Of a stretch of 64,000 nt of DNA, positions 61,001 through 64,000 are shown one piece after another. The position numbers and the translations under genes were made by a program. Where the stretch lies: NCBI GenBank assembly GCA_002633005.1, contig NMRA01000727.1:102009-166008 (forward strand). Reading direction: 5' to 3'. Below the pieces are notes generated by a model. The model did no database searches, was not told the DNA's origin, and saw only the letters and a list, made by a program, of their open reading frames with translations. Source of the DNA: Phoronis australis. Lineage: Eukaryota; Animalia; Phoronida. How positions within the stretch are numbered: the stretch's first letter is position 1; every line of letters begins with the position of its first letter.

Positions 61001-63442
61001 NNNNNNNNNNNNNNNNNNNNNNNNNNNNNNNNNNNNNNNNNNNNNNNNNNNNNNNNNNNNNNNNNNNNNNNNNNNNNNNNNNNNNNNNNNNNNNNNNNNN
61101 NNNNNNNNNNNNNNNNNNNNNNNNNNNNNNNNNNNNNNNNNNNNNNNNNNNNNNNNNNNNNNNNNNNNNNNNNNNNNNNNNNNNNNNNNNNNNNNNNNNN
61201 NNNNNNNNNNNNNNNNNNNNNNNNNNNNNNNNNNNNNNNNNNNNNNNNNNNNNNNNNNNNNNNNNNNGAGCTTGTAAGCCTCTTCGATGTCAGCATCTAG
61301 TTTTGCAGCTCAGTTGGCACTAAGACCCTTGAGGTTGCCAAGCCCATTCAAAAGACTTACATGCGCAACTAAATTTGATCCGTTCATCATGGACTACTTC
61401 GAACCTTGATGATGTATCCCAGGACCTATTTGCATCTCTTGCAATTTTCGAAATAAATGTCCCAATGTCTGAACGCTTGAAACCCGAAGTACTAACATCA
61501 TGGGCATGAGCGTTTCATCAGGTGGGCCTTTCTGAGGAAATTCCCAGTATAGAAGACGGCAGTGTGTTTATTGCAGGTAGAAAGACGGTAGGTGTTGAGG
61601 TCAGAACTAGGGCTCCTCAGGAGGCCTACTGAACATCGCACGAGTCTCGCAAGACTGTTGTGAAAGAACAGCCTCTCTGCAATTTCTGGTACTGTACACT
61701 TTTTGCGAATGCAGTCACTTTGTCAATGTGAGTCCCCCTTGGCCATTCCTTGAATAGACATAACTTGTTAGAGTGTATCTTCAAACGGACTCGCGACCAG
61801 ACCACGGGGCCAGCCACAACAGCAATTCTTCGGGAAAAGTTTTTTTTTCATGCTTGGCTACTTCAGAAGTGTCGACGGAAGAGCGCGCACAATTGATCTC
61901 CGCGCGTTTTGCCGATGAGCCACGAAGACTCAGCAATTCACAATGCAAAAAAAATATATTTTCAGAGTGAACCCCCCCCCTCAATGTTTTCCAAGTTGGT
62001 TTACTTGGAGTTTATTTTTGGGTCCTGGCCCAAGGGGGGGTTAAACCCCCTGAGTCCCCCCCCCGTAGATCCGCCACTGCTTTCCCAGCAACCGAGTGCC
62101 GATTCACGGTTTTACTACCGCTCGTCGAGTCAGCCCACTTTGACTGATTCTGCGATTCAAGCTAATCAGTTTCAGACTGTATATTTGTAGGCAACACAAT
62201 AAACGTTACGTACTTGAAGAACTCCTCGGATGAAGTGTGTGTTGCATTGCTTGCGTTTCTTAAGCTGTACTCGCTGAATGTTGAGTGATTCAATTCTGGC
62301 TTTACTATGTTTGTTCGATTGCATATGCGATCTGAAATTTAGCGATACTGTAAGCCTCTAAGTTTCGACCAACAACATGCAAGGAAAGGTGTACCCACAG
62401 TTCTCATCATCTTCTCTCATTTGGTAACAAAACCAGTTAAACGAAAAGTATACTCAGTGTGTACATGTACCTGTGTTTATAAGTGTAGGTCCAACACACT
62501 CAGAGCCCTCTATAAGCTGACGAGCTCTATTCTGAAACGCGTTAAATGTGATGATTATGCATTTCGGGAGTTACACAATTTCAAATGCGAGCTACTGAAC
62601 TTCATTTGATTCAAGGCGATTGTGGATATCAAGACGACGTGGCAAAATCAAATTAAAGTGAATAATGTTTTATTTATTTTCCCAATCATGCCATGATTTT
62701 TTATGCGCCCATATTATGCACACATATAAAATTGTACTTAGCCGAGAATTAATGGGAGACAGAATACATGTACTATCTAATGCTGGCCTCAATGTAGACT
62801 GTATATTGTAGATAAACAGTTAGCCAAGCAAGACCTATAATATTAGCATTATGCTGTGTCCTCAGCCTTGTTTGACATAAGCACCCACAATTGCAAGTAA
62901 TTTTCGAAGCAAGCCGCGGAGATACCCAATCTTAAAGTTTGCTTCAAAATATTGCTCCAAAATAATTATCGTTTTTCACAAGATCTTTAATAAGTTCTTG
63001 TCATCACAAGCTTAATCTTTTGCTCTGAAAAAAATTAAGTTATTTTAGTAAAAACCTACGTTCATTTTCGCAAGAATTTCATGTCTTTGCCGTGCACGTA
63101 CCTTCTTAACAAAGGCGCCACCCAAGCGATAATGACTAAAGAGATAAACGAGTAAAACGCGTTCAGCATGTAGTTTTTAGGTCGTATACACGGGGACTTC
63201 CTAGATTTCCCATTTCTTGATATACGGCTTTGTGAATGCAACTTGAAAAGAAGATTACTCTGTTTTACCTGTTGCATTGGCTGCCCTATCCACGCACCAA
63301 GGGGTGTTCCACTCATTGCAACACGTCGTCCACGGAAGTGGACTTGTGAAGGATTCGAACAGATAAAAGTAGCTGTAAGTCATGGTCATGCCGTATAAAG
63401 GGCAACTCATCCATTTGACGAGGAAGATGCAATGGCCAATTC
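49767..63442 (-). CDS. SLC6: SLC6 (NSS) sodium/chloride-dependent transporter, divergent; partial (TM1-2 exons beyond the window end)
   Basis: Exons (5' to 3') 63442-63269, 62331-62214, 60250-60118, 59034-58900, 57764-57661, 56464-56340, 55956-55844, 55028-54891, 53091-52992, 51634-51534, 50877-50713, 49922-49767; AG/GT with consistent phases. Motifs: [87 protein letters not shown]. The last exon is less certain. Confidence 0.93.
50038..50199 (-). mobile_element. MITE family B copy in the last SLC6 intron
   Basis: CAGTGGCAGATTT...GGATCCGCCCCTG with TSD CTCAA. Confidence 0.8.
50923..51073. repeat. Imperfect (GCA/CTG)n trinucleotide repeat, intronic
   Basis: About 150 bp of GCA units with GTA/GAA/TCA interruptions. 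Confidence 0.9.
57480..57583. mobile_element. Short MITE-like element
   Basis: Imperfect inverted termini AGGGGCATTCCATGA / TCGTGGAATGTCTCCT. Confidence 0.35.
57846..58298. repeat. Purine-rich (GA)n/(GGGA)n low-complexity tract spanning a gap
   Basis: Direct reading. A similar tract at 60380-60459 borders the next gap. Confidence 0.9.
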
Positions 63443-64000
63443 CTGAAATTTGAATTAGAACAATGTGATTCTGATATTTTCTACGTATCAACCATTTTAT
63501 GTGCTGAATTTGTTACCATCATCATTTCAATGTTTAGCTTTGATATCGATCTCGGTGTGCAAAATATCACATAAGTGTCACGCACTCAATGAACGGGAAG
63601 ACGCAAAAATGCCGCTACCTACTCAATGAACATTGTATTTAAAATAAATGACATTTGAAACAAATTAAGAGACTTTGGGGAAACTCGCCTATGTTTCATT
63701 TAAACACCAGCTACATTATACCCATAAGTTTGTCATATGATGAGCAAAAACTGGAAGAAGTCTTCGTCCAGGGTTTACTCGCCAGGCGCCATACAGCGCT
63801 TAGGAAAGTTTCCACTCAATCCCATTTCTGCAAAACCTGTCGGCTTCCAATTGCCATACATGTAAGAATGTGCAGCAAACGACTTTTTAAATTTATTTCG
63901 TGAGTATTGGTAAATACACCAGACAACATTTCTGCCCTGAAATGAAATCGTCATTATAAATCTGGGCAACAGGTAAACATTTTAGAAATTAATTATCATA

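Noticed and set aside
63775-63969. ORF as the missing SLC6 TM1-2 exon
   Set aside because: No GLGNVWRFPY / GGAF..PY / ELALGQ-like motif; the upstream exons must lie beyond the window.
1-64000. CRISPR array, tRNA, rRNA or prokaryotic operon/contamination
   Set aside because: No regularly spaced repeats or RNA gene signatures seen by eye; all genes have spliceosomal introns. A covariance-model search was not possible.

Overview
Eukaryotic (metazoan, probably marine invertebrate; organism not determinable) draft-assembly window with four N gaps (3103-3359, 19691-20592, 58061-58104, ~60460-61267). It holds four intron-containing membrane or cell-surface genes arranged -> <- -> <-, with exons reconstructed by hand using GT-AG boundaries and matching phases. 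(1) A GPI-type alkaline phosphatase (+, 14510-27700, candidate signal-peptide exon at 13666). (2) and (3) Two complete 8-exon OATP/SLCO paralogues, head-to-head with ATGs 684 bp apart (-, 27873-38734; +, 39419-49197). (4) The last 12 coding exons of a divergent SLC6 Na+-symporter (-, 49767-63442; its 5' end lies beyond the window). The ALP and first SLCO stop codons are only 172 bp apart and their poly(A) signals cross. Both OATPs lack the usual TM11 pore arginine, and the SLC6 has an enlarged, acidic substrate pocket. The first 12 kb and the introns contain DNA transposons. These include three Kolobok-type elements (TTAA TSD, THAP transposase and KolX remnants; one very recent copy in an ALP intron), an Academ-like relic, and several MITE families with 3-, 5- or 8-bp TSDs. 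TACATGTA is strongly over-represented. No rRNA, tRNA or CRISPR array was recognised.
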